The notes: generated by a model not told the origin, from the sequence alone. A stretch of DNA of 57,401 bases, filler included, from Dugesia japonica (GCA_001938525.1; 4 parts of 4 records of this genome joined end to end with filler, not necessarily neighbours in it); one strand, 5' to 3'. Counted from the whole stretch's first letter, positions 1-12,865 are shown. Program-made: numbers and translations.

Positions 1-560
1 AATAATTTAACTAAGAAAGCTATTTTAAATATATTTAATAATCAGGACAGAATACCAGATGAAGTAAATATGCGTATAGTATTGTTGAATGGTATAAAGA
101 AAATATTATTAATTCTGATATAAAAAATGAAAATTAATATATAAATGAAGAAAATAAAATTGATGTTACATTTTCTAATAAATCAGAAGATATTATTTAT
201 TGTGATAATCTTCCTAAAAATAAAGAGAATGTAGTTATATTTGATGATGTAGTAAATATGAAAAATCAAGATATTCAGAAATTATATTTTACTAGAGGAA
301 GACATAATAATTGTAATGTTATTTATATCTCTCAAACTTATCACGCTTTAGATAAAAACTCAATTATAAATAATTCTAATAGTTTTATATTTTTAAAGTT
401 AAACAAAAGAGATAAAGATATGGTTTATCAAGATCTAATTAGTAATATAGAGCCAGATAAATTATCCTTTGAAAATTGTATTAGAAATCATTGGAAAGAT
501 AAATATAATTAAATCTTTTTAGATAGAGAAAAAGAAGAGATTATTGAAGATTTATTTTAA
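1..560 (+). pseudogene. Polinton/Maverick (adintovirus-like) A32/FtsK-type packaging ATPase, C-terminal half, disrupted
   Basis: In-frame translation upstream of ORF 258-512 gives Walker B VVIFDDVV. It is followed by FTRGRHNNCNVIYISQ, the Arg-finger/Gln-sensor motif of this ATPase family. Premature TAA at 510-512; the reading continues IFLDREKEEIIEDLF to a stop at 560. Confidence 0.85.
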
Positions 561-569
561 AAATTAGTT

Positions 570-1323
570 TTAATAATTCGTATCATAAAATCTTCCTAAT
601 ATATCTTCATTATTTAAATCAGTTTTTCCATATGTAATNGGTTTAGTATGATAAATTTTAGTTATTATAAAAATTTCATTAGTAAATTTTGTTGTATATC
701 CTTTTTCAAGTTTATTTTTATATTTGAATATTCTTACTCTATCTCCTATTTGAAACTTTTGTTTATTTAAGATATTATCGTTCTCATGATTATGCTTATT
801 AATTATATCTTTAATTTTCTCAGGATTTTCTGATGCTTCTTTTGTTGTTAGCTTAATACTTGAATGAATTGCATTATTATATTCATTAACTATTTTATCT
901 AATATTGCTTTATCCCAACTCTGTTTCCCAATTGATGTAAAATATTTAAACATTTTATCTTTCAAAGTTTTTATTAATCTTTCAGCAAAAACTGATTTAC
1001 CTTCATTTTCATTATTATTTTCATTTAGAAATTTATCAAAGTATTTTGATTTTATTGATGATTCTTTATCAAACCAGATATAATGAGCTATTCTATTATT
1101 TTCTTCAAATATATTTTTATAAGCTTCTCTTAAAGATTTTTGACTTTTATTTATCATTGGAATAAAAAAAAGCATATCTTGTATAAAAATCAATGCAAAC
1201 TAAAATATAACGAAACTTTTCTTGGTCAGTGGATTTTTTAACCATATCTGCAATATCGTTATCGTGTATTTGTACTTTTAAAAATCTTTTAGTTTTTCTA
1301 TATTCATGATGTAATTAAGATGC
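570..1323 (-). pseudogene. Polinton-type retroviral-like (rve) integrase, frameshifted
   Basis: LHHEYRK...IADM...FRYILVCIDFYTRYAF (1200-1320), IWFDKESS, AERLIKTLKDKM, YNNAIHSSIKLT, KFQIGDRVRI and KGYTTKFTNEIF all match Polinton integrase motifs. Confidence 0.9.
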
Positions 1324-2058
1324 TTAATTTATTTTTTCATCTTGAGGCTCAATAATTTTAGTATCGTTTTCAATTTCTTTTTCTATGCGTTCTTGCACCG
1401 ACTGTTCAATAATCTTTTGATTAGCTATATTTTTGGCAAATCTTGGTCTTTCTAATCCTTCTCCAACTAATATTTTACCTTTCGTAACTAATTTTACTAA
1501 AGCTCTTTGAAATCTTTCTTTAAATGAAGGACTTTCTATACCATTTAAGTCATGAATTAAATTTACATCAGCAATATGTATGTCTCTTAAATCTTTTGAT
1601 TTATAAGCAATATAATGTTTTAATGTTGCTGCATCAACTTTATTTATTGGTTCTTCTCCTGGTAAAGGATTATTATTTTCATCTAATCTAATATCTAATC
1701 TTGTATTTGGACAAGTATAATTATGTCTAAATAAATATCTTTTACCAGGATATTTTTCAGTAGTAAATGGTTTTAATAATAATGAAGTAACTTTAGAAGA
1801 TTGAATATCTCCAACAGTTTTCTCCCATGGAAATTTATTAATAGTATTATCTATTGATTTACGATAAGTCATCGTAGATGATGTATTTATTGGTTTACGA
1901 TTATTCATCGTAGATGATCTATTTGATTGTTTTATAATTATTTTCTCGATTGGTGAATTAAGATTTCTAATATGTTTATCTGTTCTTTCATGTCTAGCTT
2001 TATGTTTACGTAAAGTAGAAGAATTACATACATTACAATACCAATTTGGCTCACTCAT
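1324..2058 (-). CDS. C2H2 zinc finger + parvovirus-VP1u-like phospholipase A2 (PLA2X) domain, N-terminal part of a former fusion with the integrase
   Basis: WYCNVC...RHERTDKH zinc finger. HNYTCPNT...PINKVDAATLKHYIAY...IHIAD is a decayed YxGP / D-xx-A-xx-HD-x-Y PLA2 motif (G>C, D>Y). Confidence 0.75.
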   Translation of the reverse strand: MSEPNWYCNVCNSSTLRKHKARHERTDKHIRNLNSPIEKIIIKQSNRSSTMNNRKPINTSSTMTYRKSIDNTINKFPWEKTVGDIQSSKVTSLLLKPFTTEKYPGKRYLFRHNYTCPNTRLDIRLDENNNPLPGEEPINKVDAATLKHYIAYKSKDLRDIHIADVNLIHDLNGIESPSFKERFQRALVKLVTKGKILVGEGLERPRFAKNIANQKIIEQSVQERIEKEIENDTKIIEPQDEKIN

Positions 2059-2069
2059 TTTTATAAAAA

Positions 2070-3355
2070 TTATACATCACCTCTTACGTTTTCTATTATA
2101 CCTATTTTACCTCCACTTAATGTCATTTCAATTTTCTTTTCTTCAAGAATTAAACAATATAATTTAGCTGTGAAACCTGTATCTTTTGTGCAATTTAAAG
2201 TTACATCAGCATTATTATTCGCTAATTTATCGTCTTGTGTTGACGTATCAATACAAAATATTGGATATAGTTTATTGAAATCTTGTAAACTAAGTTCTGG
2301 CTTGACTTTAAATTCTTTGCAGCAATTTACATATGAACTAAAAGGAAATAACATTTTGTTATTTTCTACATTAAACTCCATTCTGTTGACTAGATAATTT
2401 GTATTATTTAACTGTATTTGTATCGATTTTAAACTATTAGTTCAATCTGTAACTACAAAGAAATTATTATTCTTTTGAAAAGAAATATCTGTATCTTTAA
2501 AACCAATTAAAATATATCTTGGTCTATAAGCTAAATTTGCTAATTTAACAGAATAGGTTGATCCTTCTCCCATTTCAATAACAGAATAATTTCTATTTAA
2601 ATAATTTGCGTATATAGATTTATTTGAATTTAGTCTTTCTAATAGACTTACTTCTGATCTCGGATTAAGCGTCCACTCAGGTTTATGTAATTCTATCGTT
2701 GTTAACTTTAACTTTTCTGTTAATTTGTCTGCTCCATAAAATAGAATTTTGTCTTCTTATTGTCTGTTGCATAATAATTCGATAAATACATTATGTAAAA
2801 CTATATCATAATTCTATAGAAACCCGAAAAAATATTTTAAGTCAAAATATCCTTCAAATTTCTTTGTGGCATTATATAATAATTTTCTTTTATAATAACC
2901 AGTATTNNTATATTCTCCTGTAACATCGTTTGTTCCTGCGCTATTATCCGGGATCCATTCAGTCATTTCTCTGTATACTTTTTTATAATCAGAATCACTT
3001 AAAATAAAATTTAACATAGATGAATATACTCCTGGGTTTTAAATTGATTCTACTTCTGTTGAACCTAATTTCAATCTTATATTACTAAATAAATTAGAAA
3101 GAAATTATTTTCTAAAGTTATATCATCTTTATCTGTAGTAAGTGTTATTTCAATTTTATAATATAATCGTGTGTTACAAATATCTAAAATATTCGATGAT
3201 TGTAATGATTGAAAAACAATATCTCCTGATTTATTTAAATTAGAAATTAATCCTGATGTTGGAAAAATCTTTAATACTTCATTTTTCTTTATATTATGCT
3301 TAAATTCTTTATTGTAGTTTAAATTTAGTTTAGATTTTTATTCGGATGTAGTCAT
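2070..3355 (-). pseudogene. Polinton/adintovirus double-jelly-roll major capsid protein, multiple stops/frameshifts
   Basis: ATG at 3355. Motifs NLNKSGDIVF, TLENNF..LFSNIRLKLGSTEVES..PG, NTGYYKR...LKYFFGF, RPRYILIGF and LSLQDFNKLYPIFCIDTSTQ...LYCLILEE resemble Polinton major capsid proteins. Confidence 0.8.
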
Positions 3356-3797
3356 TTTATTAATCTGATTATAATATTTATTTTTCTCAAAGATTTTATT
3401 TAAAGCAAATGTTGTCAGAATAGGAACATCATCTTGTTCAATTTCATTTCGATCAAAAACATAATTATCTTTATATTCAATAAAATCTTTATAACCATTT
3501 TATTTATAATTTTCATAATTAAATTGTAACCCTATATCAGTATTTCTTTGTTGAAAAATATCAATTATAGTCTGTGAAGCGAGTTCAAATCCTTTAAAAT
3601 GTTTACTCATAATTATCAATTTTTATTTAATAATTCCATTTAAATTTAATTAAAATCTTATATGATACTAAAAATAGAATTCCTCGTGGGAGACTCTAAA
3701 TATGGTAGCACATATTATTTTCATTATTTATTTGAAATAGATAAGTGGTTAACGAAAATTATTGAATTGATTAATTTAAGTAAGTGAACAAGAGCGC

Positions 3798-4023
3798 CAC
3801 GCAAGGTAGCCTCCGGCTTGTCCCTCATGTTTAAAAAATGTAAAGCACGTATTAAATTTTTATAATCTATTTATTTTATTAATAATATTTCTCGCCATTT
3901 TTCCCAAGCTGGTATTATTTTGGTGAAGCTAAATAGTTCCATTTCTCAGTACAAAATCCTGAAAAAGGCCTATATGAGCTTTACAATTTTTAAACATAGG
4001 GGACAAACGGGGGCTACCTTGTG
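3798..4023. mobile_element. MITE-like element with ~50-bp imperfect terminal inverted repeats
   Basis: Left end CAAGGTAGCCTCCGGCTTGTCCCTCATGTTTAAAAAATGTAAAGC matches the reverse complement of the right end, CAAGGTAGCCCCCGTTTGTCCCCTATGTTTAAAAATTGTAAAGC. Confidence 0.7.
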
Positions 4024-4679
4024 TTACAAAAAACCCTTTAAACCATGAAAAATCATTAAATCTGATATTGGATGGAACAATTTAAGAATAAAAATTTTAA
4101 ATATTCAACAAATGTTCTGAGATATTTTTACTTTGTATCGTGGGTATTTTTGTCAGTTCAAATCAGAAAAAAGTCAACTTAGTTGGGCGATTTTTGTAGT
4201 TTTAGGAATTAGATATCTTCTTAAAGATAAGCATTTAATTAATTAAAATGAAAGTAAATGTTGGTTGCTTACCTTTGGAACCGCAACAATATTGATTTCA
4301 TTTTTTCCAATATTTATAATTTTTGAAAAGCAAATTCATTGTGAAGAAATAATAAGACGTTCTTAATTTAAATAAATTTGAATTATATTCTGAAACAATG
4401 TCGTAAATTGAAAACGGTTTGCTTAATTGAAAATGTTAAAATATTGAAATCTAATTATTTGATTTTCTAAATTTTTAAATTATTTAAAATAACAACTGAA
4501 AACGTCATACTTTCTAATATTAAGTATTTGTTTAAATATTAACTGGTTTAAATTATAATTTTTTAAAAATTATTAAAATATACAAATATTTTTTATTTTA
4601 TTATTTTTTATTGTTCCGACCTGAATTTATTAAGCTTCTTTTGTAATAGCATATTTTTTAACACAATACTTTATAAAGT

Positions 4680-5466
4680 ATGGATTTATCCAGTAAGTCT
4701 TATTGGGATAAGCGCTATGAAGTAGAAGACAATTATGAATGGCTAATACGATTAGATCAAGTTATAGAAATTTTTAAAGAGCACGCAAATAAAGATTCAA
4801 AAATTTTGATAATTGGTTGTGGTAACAGCAACTTAAGCTATAAGTTGTATTTAGAAGGATTTCGAGATATTGTTTCAACAGACTATTCTGAAACAATTAT
4901 TGATAAAATGAAATCTAAATATCATAATGTTTCTGATTTACGATGGGAATGTCAAGATATGTTTAATTTATCTTATCAAAATGAATCATTTGATATAATC
5001 TTTGAAAAGGGCGTTATTGATGCTGTTTTAGCGAATGAGAACCAGTGGAGTTACGCGGATAAATTTAAGACTCAGTTTGAAAATTTCATGCTGCATGTAA
5101 GATTTTTATTTGTTAAATAAAGAAAATATACAAATAGATGCTTAGATTAATCAAATTTTAAAAATTGATGGAAAATTCTTATCGATTTCATTTCACCAGC
5201 CAATGTTTCGGTTGCCGTTAATTATTGATTTTGATTTTTCTCATCGTTGTGATTATAGTCCAAAATGGAAAGTCGATATCAGTGAAATAGAAACAGGATT
5301 CCATTTCATTTTCTATAATCTTCAAAAAACTGATAAATTTCATCACTCAGTTGATCAATTAATAATAAAGTATTCCAAATTTCATCAAAAACGTTTATTA
5401 AATGTTCCTAGAGAAGATTTTACGAAAGAAAACGAAAATTTCCTGGCATTTGGTTTTGAATTATAA
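4680..5466 (+). CDS. EEF1AKMT4: EEF1A lysine methyltransferase 4-like class I SAM methyltransferase; exons 4680-5096 and 5146-5466, ~245 aa
   Basis: YWDKRY, YEW, ILIIGCGNSNLS (motif I), DYS and FDIIFEKGVIDA. The 49-nt GT..AG intron 5097-5145 restores in-frame INQILKIDGKFLSISFHQPMFR. AATAAA at 5466-5471. Orthology is inferred from motifs and length. Confidence 0.85.
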
Positions 5467-5989
5467 ATAAATTTGAGTTCGTTTTTCTGACTTCTCTTGT
5501 TTCGTTTATTTAACATTATTTGTTTTATTCATTTGAAGCTTATTACGGGTCATCCATATATTTACGTACGCTAAAAGTCAATTTCATACACGCCTCTTAG
5601 TTAGGTTGCACGCTGTTCATTCATAATCCAGCCAACGAATTTTATGCTCAAGTCTACACTTTCATGATGAGAAACTATCTAATACTGTGGTATAATTCGA
5701 GTGAAAACTCCTAAAGTAAACTAGTTGGAAAACATGATTTTAGAAATAACACGTGCAAGCATATAATGAACAGAAGAATTAAAAAATTACCCTTATGACT
5801 TTAAGTGAACAAACTATTTTTATTGGTTGCTTTATTAACCAATAATATTAAAATATATGACAACAAAATTAGACTAAAATCAACCAAAATATCAAATTTA
5901 ATAACGTATGCTTATATATATAAACTTCTATATATTACGTACTTTCTTAATAAACGAATTCCAAATTTTGGTGGATCTGTCCAATCGTG

Positions 5990-6753
5990 ATGGCTACGGT
6001 TCTCATAATCACTAGTCAAAAAAAGGAAAGTAGGGAATGATTGTGTTGTTACGTTTTCCATCGCTAATTTATTATCCTCAACATTTGCTACCATGGCGTT
6101 TTCATAAGATTTTTTGAAACAATTTTTGACGCAATTCACAGAAACGTCTTCCCAAGATTGTGAAAACCACACAACTGCATACAACTACTTACATTTTTTA
6201 ACAAATGTTCCTGTATCAATTTTCCTTGATTATCCAGTTGAAAAGACACAAATCTCATTAAAAACCTCATATCTATCTTTAACTGATTATATGATACCTT
6301 GGTCTAATGGTTGAATCAAAGATGTATTTGGTGGGAAGAAAAATAATTAAACATTATAATATATGACCTTTACAATACAATAGAGCATTCTCTAATAATA
6401 ATAAAATTTTCCAACAGATGCTTTATACTTGATAGGCAGCATTTTCTAGTTTCTTATTATTTCATTTCTCAATTTGGCAGCTTAATCTGCTTTTTGTTCA
6501 AAAGTTAAATTCCTTTTTTTAATTTATTTTTAATTGGTTATTGTTCATAATATAAGTTTTCAAATGTTTAATATTTAAACAAGTCACTAAAAGATTAACG
6601 ATAATGTTTTTCAATTACATGTTCATTATTTTTAATATTCGTACTTAAAGAATAATATATACTTATAATATAATTTTTAAATATTTTAAATATTTGTTCA
6701 TTATATGACCAATTCATTAAGTATAGGGTTTATTATAGAATAGTTTGACTGTA
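5990..6753 (-). mobile_element. Internally deleted Tigger/pogo DNA transposon remnant
   Basis: FLPPNTSLIQPLDQGII (~6290-6345) and SWEDVSVNCVKNCFKK match the DDE_1 C-terminus. TA+CAGTC terminus at 6747-6753 on the minus strand. Confidence 0.8.
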
Positions 6754-6819
6754 CATTAATTCGATGTGAAAAATATTACGGAGAAAATGTAATAAATATG
6801 TTATATAAATATAAAATCT

Positions 6820-6917
6820 AGGGTTTTGCCATGTGGGGTTTTATTTGTGTGGGGTTTTATCCTTGTGCGGTTTTGTCCATGTTGGGTTTTATCTGTGTGA
6901 GATTGTACCCGTGTGTG
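6820..6917. repeat. ~16-bp G/T-rich minisatellite (GGGTTTT..TGTG, ~6 units)
   Basis: Direct reading of the tandem units. Confidence 0.7.
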
Positions 6918-7880
6918 TATATGTCTGGTCACCAAATTACACAAGAGTTGTATTAAGGATTTGAAAAAGTGGCAAAATCAGATTTACATCCATATTTATT
7001 ATTCATTCTAACAAAAGTATAATGAATTTTATATTTAAATACCATATTATTAAATCGTAATATAGTATAATTTGATCTCACAGAGCCAGTTCAAGTTTTA
7101 GTATTTATCATCCAAAAGAAAAATAGCACAAGGAACTTTTAGCCTCCGAAACTGATATCTGGGACTTAACATTTCATTTACAAGAATTCAGACTAAAAAA
7201 CTGTGAGCTAAAGATGCATAGTGAGTTACAGGAAAGTTAGAATTTGTTGCTACATCACAACAACCTTATTGACATTTGAAAATTGTACGCAGATCGGCTC
7301 TGTTCCAAATCTCAAAGATTCTCTGGGAACATATCGAGACAAATTCAATTCCAGAAGATTTGTTAATTTTTCGTTTTTCTCACAAAATCTATTCCTAGTA
7401 CCACTTTGTTAATTGTTAAGTAATCACTATCATCATTTACATTTATCATATCACCCAGTTTTAAGCGTTTAGTAACTTAGATTAATTTTTTGTTATTTTT
7501 TGAATTTTTAATAAATTTATTTAAATCATTTTCTAGGTTTAAACCTATACCAGTACTTTTACTGATGGATTGATTTCCATCGGAATATGTGTTTAAGTAT
7601 TGTCAGTAACATATTGAAAGTTTTAATTTATCTAACATGTAAATTTCTGAATTTCCTTTGATTTGTTATTGCTCATGCTACTTCTGATGCTATTCCGGTC
7701 GCGCCCAAAAAGCCAACTATGTAGCTAATGGGAGGTTATCGCATTCACGTATTACGTTTTTCGAATTATTTCGTTTTATTTTTATCTTATCAATAATGAT
7801 TTCTACTTATAATTTAGCTTTATTACTATTTAATATTTCCCATGAATCTTCTTTTAAAGCTTTTATAGTTTTAATGCAAA

Positions 7881-8159
7881 ATGGATACATTAATAATTCG
7901 ACATAGATGTAAATCAATGAAAACAAATTTAATATTTCCATATCATTTTAGGTTATTAATAGTAGGATCGTCTGGTTTTGGGAAAAGTTATTTATTAGTG
8001 GAATTGCTTTTAGCTGACGAGTTTTTGCATTACGATAATTTAATTATTTACTCAGCAACAATTCATCGTTTTAAATTACAGCTATTGGAAAAGACTTTAA
8101 CAGAAATCAAAGTAAGAAATATATTTGGTTTATTTTTGGAAACACGGTATTGTTCCTGA
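7881..8159 (+). pseudogene. Polinton packaging ATPase, N-terminal fragment (second copy)
   Basis: FRLLIVGSSGFGKSYLLVELLL (Walker A) followed by LHYDNLIIYS. Confidence 0.75.
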
Positions 8160-8699
8160 TATTTAGTTAATAACGAGTTTGTTGAAAATAAAATGCTATC
8201 AAAGTTGTCTTATCACTGTTGCGGTTTTATCTAAGTAGCTCAATTTTAATTGACATCTAGTGTAGTGAAACCCGGCAAAAAATTGGATTTAGTGTCCCCG
8301 TTCTAGATTTTTGAAATAGAGCCGATGACTCACAACCTGTAGTTCGACTCATTCTCGTATTTCTTTGGTTCGGGTCCATCTATCTTTCATACTCTCTTTA
8401 CTTTTCTTTCGCCTTTATTTAGTGAGCAGCACCATGGTCACGGTGATTAATAAATTAGTATGTTTTGTCAGGTTTATAGCTATAGATATTTAATTTTTCC
8501 AAAAAAATAAAATCCGTGCAATTTGTGTGAAAATTTTAATAAGGATTCATATATAGTACTACCTACATTAGGTGAAACAATAGCCTTCCTTCATACTAGT
8601 TCATCATACCATTTCAGCATACAGCATTTGTGAAGCATTGAAGTGAAGTATCTACTCTCTCTACCAACCTATGGTGACTCCTCCGTAAGGCCTATATAT

Positions 8700-10604
8700 A
8701 CTCAAGCCTTCTTATTCTTCGTGATTCCATCTTCCATCACCAGCCTTGTCAAGTGATATCGTGAATCCACTGGAAAACATGTTATCTCACAAAGTATTGG
8801 CAGTAATACAACCATTACTTAGCTACAAGTATTTAGAGTTACCGTACTCGCGTTTCCGCAAAGTTGCCAGTTGACCACAGCAACTGATACAACTAGTGCT
8901 AGCTGGAGAAACTACATGTTAACTACGATAAGCCAGAAAATCCTCCTCAAGACTTTACATCTTGGTTTTGCCAGTGAATCGCTGNNNNNNNNNNNNNNNN
9001 NNNNNNNNNNNNNNNNNNNNNNNNNNNNNNNNNNAAAAAAAAGACATTAATAAAAAATGGATTGAGGAATCAAACAGGGAAAGGAACCCTCTGAATTCAA
9101 TTATTCACAATGGACTCACTATTGCTGGTATCTTTAATAGCAGAGATATCAAAGTTACCGCAATGAGCTTGTCCACTGAAATCGTCAGTTATTTTTAGAC
9201 GATGCAGATTCTTATGTTGACAAGTGCAAATCTCCTTATGACATTGACTTTGACATTAACATATTTCAGGACAGACTCATTTTCAGCAGACCATAATCCT
9301 AGACATTCAGCTGAGATCGTCTTAAGATAGACATTCAAATTTGGAAGATTACGTTTGATGTCTTCAATTTTCTAGTATGTGACAAACTCAGGATGTTGTG
9401 TAAGAGATAAGTCACTATTCCTAAATTTTTAAAATAAACTAGATGATTTCCTGCAGATAGATTATCAACAATTTGACAAATCTTTAATCAATGATTCTCA
9501 TGAGCGTTATGTTAGGCACCTTAACCAGATGTTTGGTTCATCCTATTTCGCCAGTTCTGCTTACCAAAAATGGCCCACTAGACACTTGCATTCAATGCAC
9601 ATCTTTAATGAAGAAAGACGAAGTTTAGAAACCATTTAAAGTTTGAGAATAAGTTGAGGAAATTTCGCCCCCAGTACTTCTAATCATTGATTATCCTTAT
9701 TAAGGAGTTTAGGAATTCTCTCTTCTCTAATTTCAATCTGAACACGCAGACTATTTTCCGGACAGTCAAGATAAGCACACTTATTCGGACGGAACTCTAA
9801 GGAGGACCAGTCAGCTAAGTCAACAGAAACGTCAATCATTTTTTGAAGGAAGGCTTTCGAAGAAGCAACTAACGTAAGATCATCCGCATGTACAAAGACA
9901 TANATGAGATGACCAGCACAACTTACTCCACCTCCAGGAGTTTTTGAGATTTCCTTAATGACTGGGTTATTGCCAATGTTAAAAAGTAACATCGACAATA
10001 TGCAAACTTGCTGGACCTCTCTTATATTTGCAACAGGGTTGGTAGAAGTCCCATCGCAAATATAGTAACTTGAACCGTCAGTGTACAAGCTTTTAATCAA
10101 ACTAGATGCAGTTGCGACTCCTCATACTATTGTAAACCAATGACATGTTTGATGGTTATGCTACTAAAAGCGTCAGCAATATCTAGAAAGACGATATGTA
10201 AATTAAAACTATCATATCGACTTTATTTTTCAAGGAGATAGCAAAGCAAGAAATTGTGTTCGGAGCACCTATCAGATTCTTCAGCACTCTTTTAAAAGTT
10301 GTGAAGCAGGTGAAATTTCTGAGACTAATTCAAAAGTTGAGAGGTAAGACAAGTCATGAAAAGCTTATAAGTACAATCCAACAGAGCAATTGATCACCAA
10401 GAAAAGACAACATAATATCCAGATTTGCCAGGCNTTGGAATCATAAAAGTTTTGTAAACTTGCCAACTTTCAGGAGTAATTTCAGTTTAAAGTATGTTGG
10501 AAAAGATTTTGTGTACCAACAGACATTTGGGATCTGTCGATCTGGTAAGTAATGTTTATGATCCCAGGAGAAGAAACAAATAAATCTAGGAGAAAATTCA
10601 GCAT
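8700..10604 (-). mobile_element. Decayed non-LTR retrotransposon, R2/NeSL-like (RLE class) reverse transcriptase region
   Basis: SIALLDCTYKLF, CSEHNFLL, FLDIADAF, VQQVCILSMLLFN (decayed QG motif), HADDL and LEFRPNKC. Possible CCHC remnant near 8800-8870. Confidence 0.8.
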
Positions 10605-10704
10605 NNNNNNNNNNNNNNNNNNNNNNNNNNNNNNNNNNNNNNNNNNNNTTAATTAATTAANNNNNNNNNNNNNNNNNNNNNNNNNNNNNNNNNNNNNNNN
10701 NNNN
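10605..10704. other. Artificial scaffold linker N44-TTAATTAATTAA-N44
   Basis: The identical 100-nt construct recurs at 23335-23434 and 38600-38699. Confidence 0.95.
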
Positions 10705-10938
10705 TAATTAAAAGCACTGAAAAATAAATACTATTAATTATTGTTATCAATTTTATATTTACTATACTTTTAACAACAAAATACAAGTTCAATAAATAAA
10801 AGACAAGTGATTGGAATTATTTTTTTTAGTCATAATCAAAAAACATATTTGATTGTTAAATAGGCTTTCTTCTTCTGTAACAATCTGAATGCAGCACTTG
10901 GATTGATTGACATAAAAAACGTGTAACGATTATTTTTG

Positions 10939-12350
10939 CTAGTTAAATTTATTTATTAATTTTATAATGACCATAAGCCATACTCTTACTTTTTCCTTCC
11001 AAAAGCTCTTATCGTCCATACATGATAACACGCATTTCTTAGTTTCTATCGTATAAATCTGATGATTTATTGACCTGAAAGTGCTTTGATTTACCTTCTT
11101 CACTTCTCCTGCTTTGGTATATACGTACAGATAGTTATCATGACGAATATCAGTTTGTTTCAAACCAACTCTTTTAGCCTTCATTGTTGTGCCGCCATCT
11201 TCCTTATTCATGCTATAGCATTTGGGTCTTAAAAATACCTATTCCAGATAATTTTCTACTTGACCCTCATCTTTAAATAGTCCGATCTTGTTGGCCACTT
11301 CACTAGAGTATAATGGGTGATCCTTTAAATAATTGCTTACAATCCAGCAGACCATCAGATTTCATTTCTCTCAAGAGCCTGTCTCTGTCCACTCCAGTAC
11401 ATGAAAAGAAAAAGATATATGTGTCATCTGCAATAATATCGATTTTACAACCAAATTGATTTCTATATTTTTCCAACTCTTCATACTGTAACTTGTACAT
11501 GCGTAGCTTGCTAAGATCCAGCACCACCTGTCCAATGTAACTTGGTCTATCCAGACAGATAAAATCCTTTTCCACCAAGACGGCTTTAAATTCATCTGCA
11601 ATATCCATCGTCTTTTTGAATGTCACTTTGCTCGTATACTTAACAAATTTCTTTTCATTATTGCAGAGTCGAAGATTCATGCGCTTCTTTAAATTTTCAA
11701 CCGTCTTGCCGTACAAAACATTATTCAGTAGCTTATAAAAATCCAACTCAATACCGGTAATGATAGAAATCAAAGTGACTCCAATCCATGTTCTTCAAGT
11801 GCTTTTTTCTGAATTTTTGGAATACATCTTCCAATAAATAAATATCCAGTTTCATATAATATAATATGGGTTCCAAGAGATTTGTGTTCAGAGATTCCGA
11901 CCATGTTACAACTGCCAATTGATATTTTTCGTCTGAAATTTCCGACCACCTATCTGATAATGTTGTTTGATTGACGAGCATCTCATAAAATGTCGCAAAT
12001 TTAAATCGAAATATTTCTTTACTTTGATGTCCTTGATGCGGGCATTCTGTAAATGTAATCGGCCAGTTCTCCAGAGTTGCAGTCAACGATGATAGTCAAC
12101 TACTCAGGAACTGGAAGGAATCAATAAATCGAATTGACTCCATCACCCAAATTTGCTAAAATTGCAAGTAATCTTTTTGTGGTTTGTGCAATTGGTTTCA
12201 GCTTCCAATGCTGGAATTAATTGAGAGCATATTTGATTATATGATAAGAATCATAAACTTTAAAGTTATGAAACACAACAGGCAATTCCACCCTGTTTTT
12301 CCTGGATAAATTGCATTGATTGGATGCAGCTCCAATGTATTTTTCATTTG
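10939..12350 (-). pseudogene. Polinton protein-primed DNA polymerase B, internally deleted
   Basis: YIGAASNQCNL...PVVFHNFKVYDSYH, IRFIDSFQFL, YMKLDIYLLEDVF, FYKLLNNVLYGKTVEN, RPSYIGQVVLDLSK, decayed YTDTD (ADDTY), KAKRV and LSCMDDK. The motif A region is missing. Confidence 0.88.
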
Positions 12351-12594
12351 GTATGTTAATAATTAAAAAGAATAATAGAAATAAATATTTTGATAGGCAT
12401 TATACAAAATAAAAAATGGAATATTTTTAAGAAAATAATTTGCAATTAGTAATAATCATTGTTATTATTATCTATATTATTTATGTGACAATCAAAATAA
12501 AAAAAACTGATAAATTTATGTCTGTAATAATTTAATATTGTTATCATTCTTATATATTTTCATTAATATTATTATCATTCTTATATATTTTCAT

Positions 12595-12634
12595 TAATAT
12601 TATTATCATTATTATAATTATAATTATAATTATA

Positions 12635-12678
<44 letters not shown>

Positions 12679-12792
12679 NNNNNNNNNNNNNNNNNNNNNN
12701 NNNNNNNNNNNNNNNNNNNNNNNNNNNNNNNNNNNNNNNNNNNNNNNNNNNNNNNNNNNNNNNNNNNNNNNNNNNNNNNNNNNNNNNNNNNN

Positions 12793-12838
<46 letters not shown>

Positions 12839-12865
12839 ATTATTATGATTATTATTATTATTATC
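12595..12865. repeat. (ATT)n microsatellite spanning a gap
   Basis: Direct reading. Confidence 0.95.

Noticed and set aside
8260-8460. TGTAGTG-starting block as a solo LTR
   Set aside because: No matching end, PBS, PPT or second copy seen.
10649-10660. TTAATTAATTAA palindrome, also at 23379 and 38644
   Set aside because: Always flanked by exactly 44 N on each side, so it is an assembly linker. Adjacency across these points is not guaranteed.
11058-11095. CTGATGA...GAAA hammerhead-like core
   Set aside because: No stem II pairing, and it lies on the antisense strand of PolB coding sequence.
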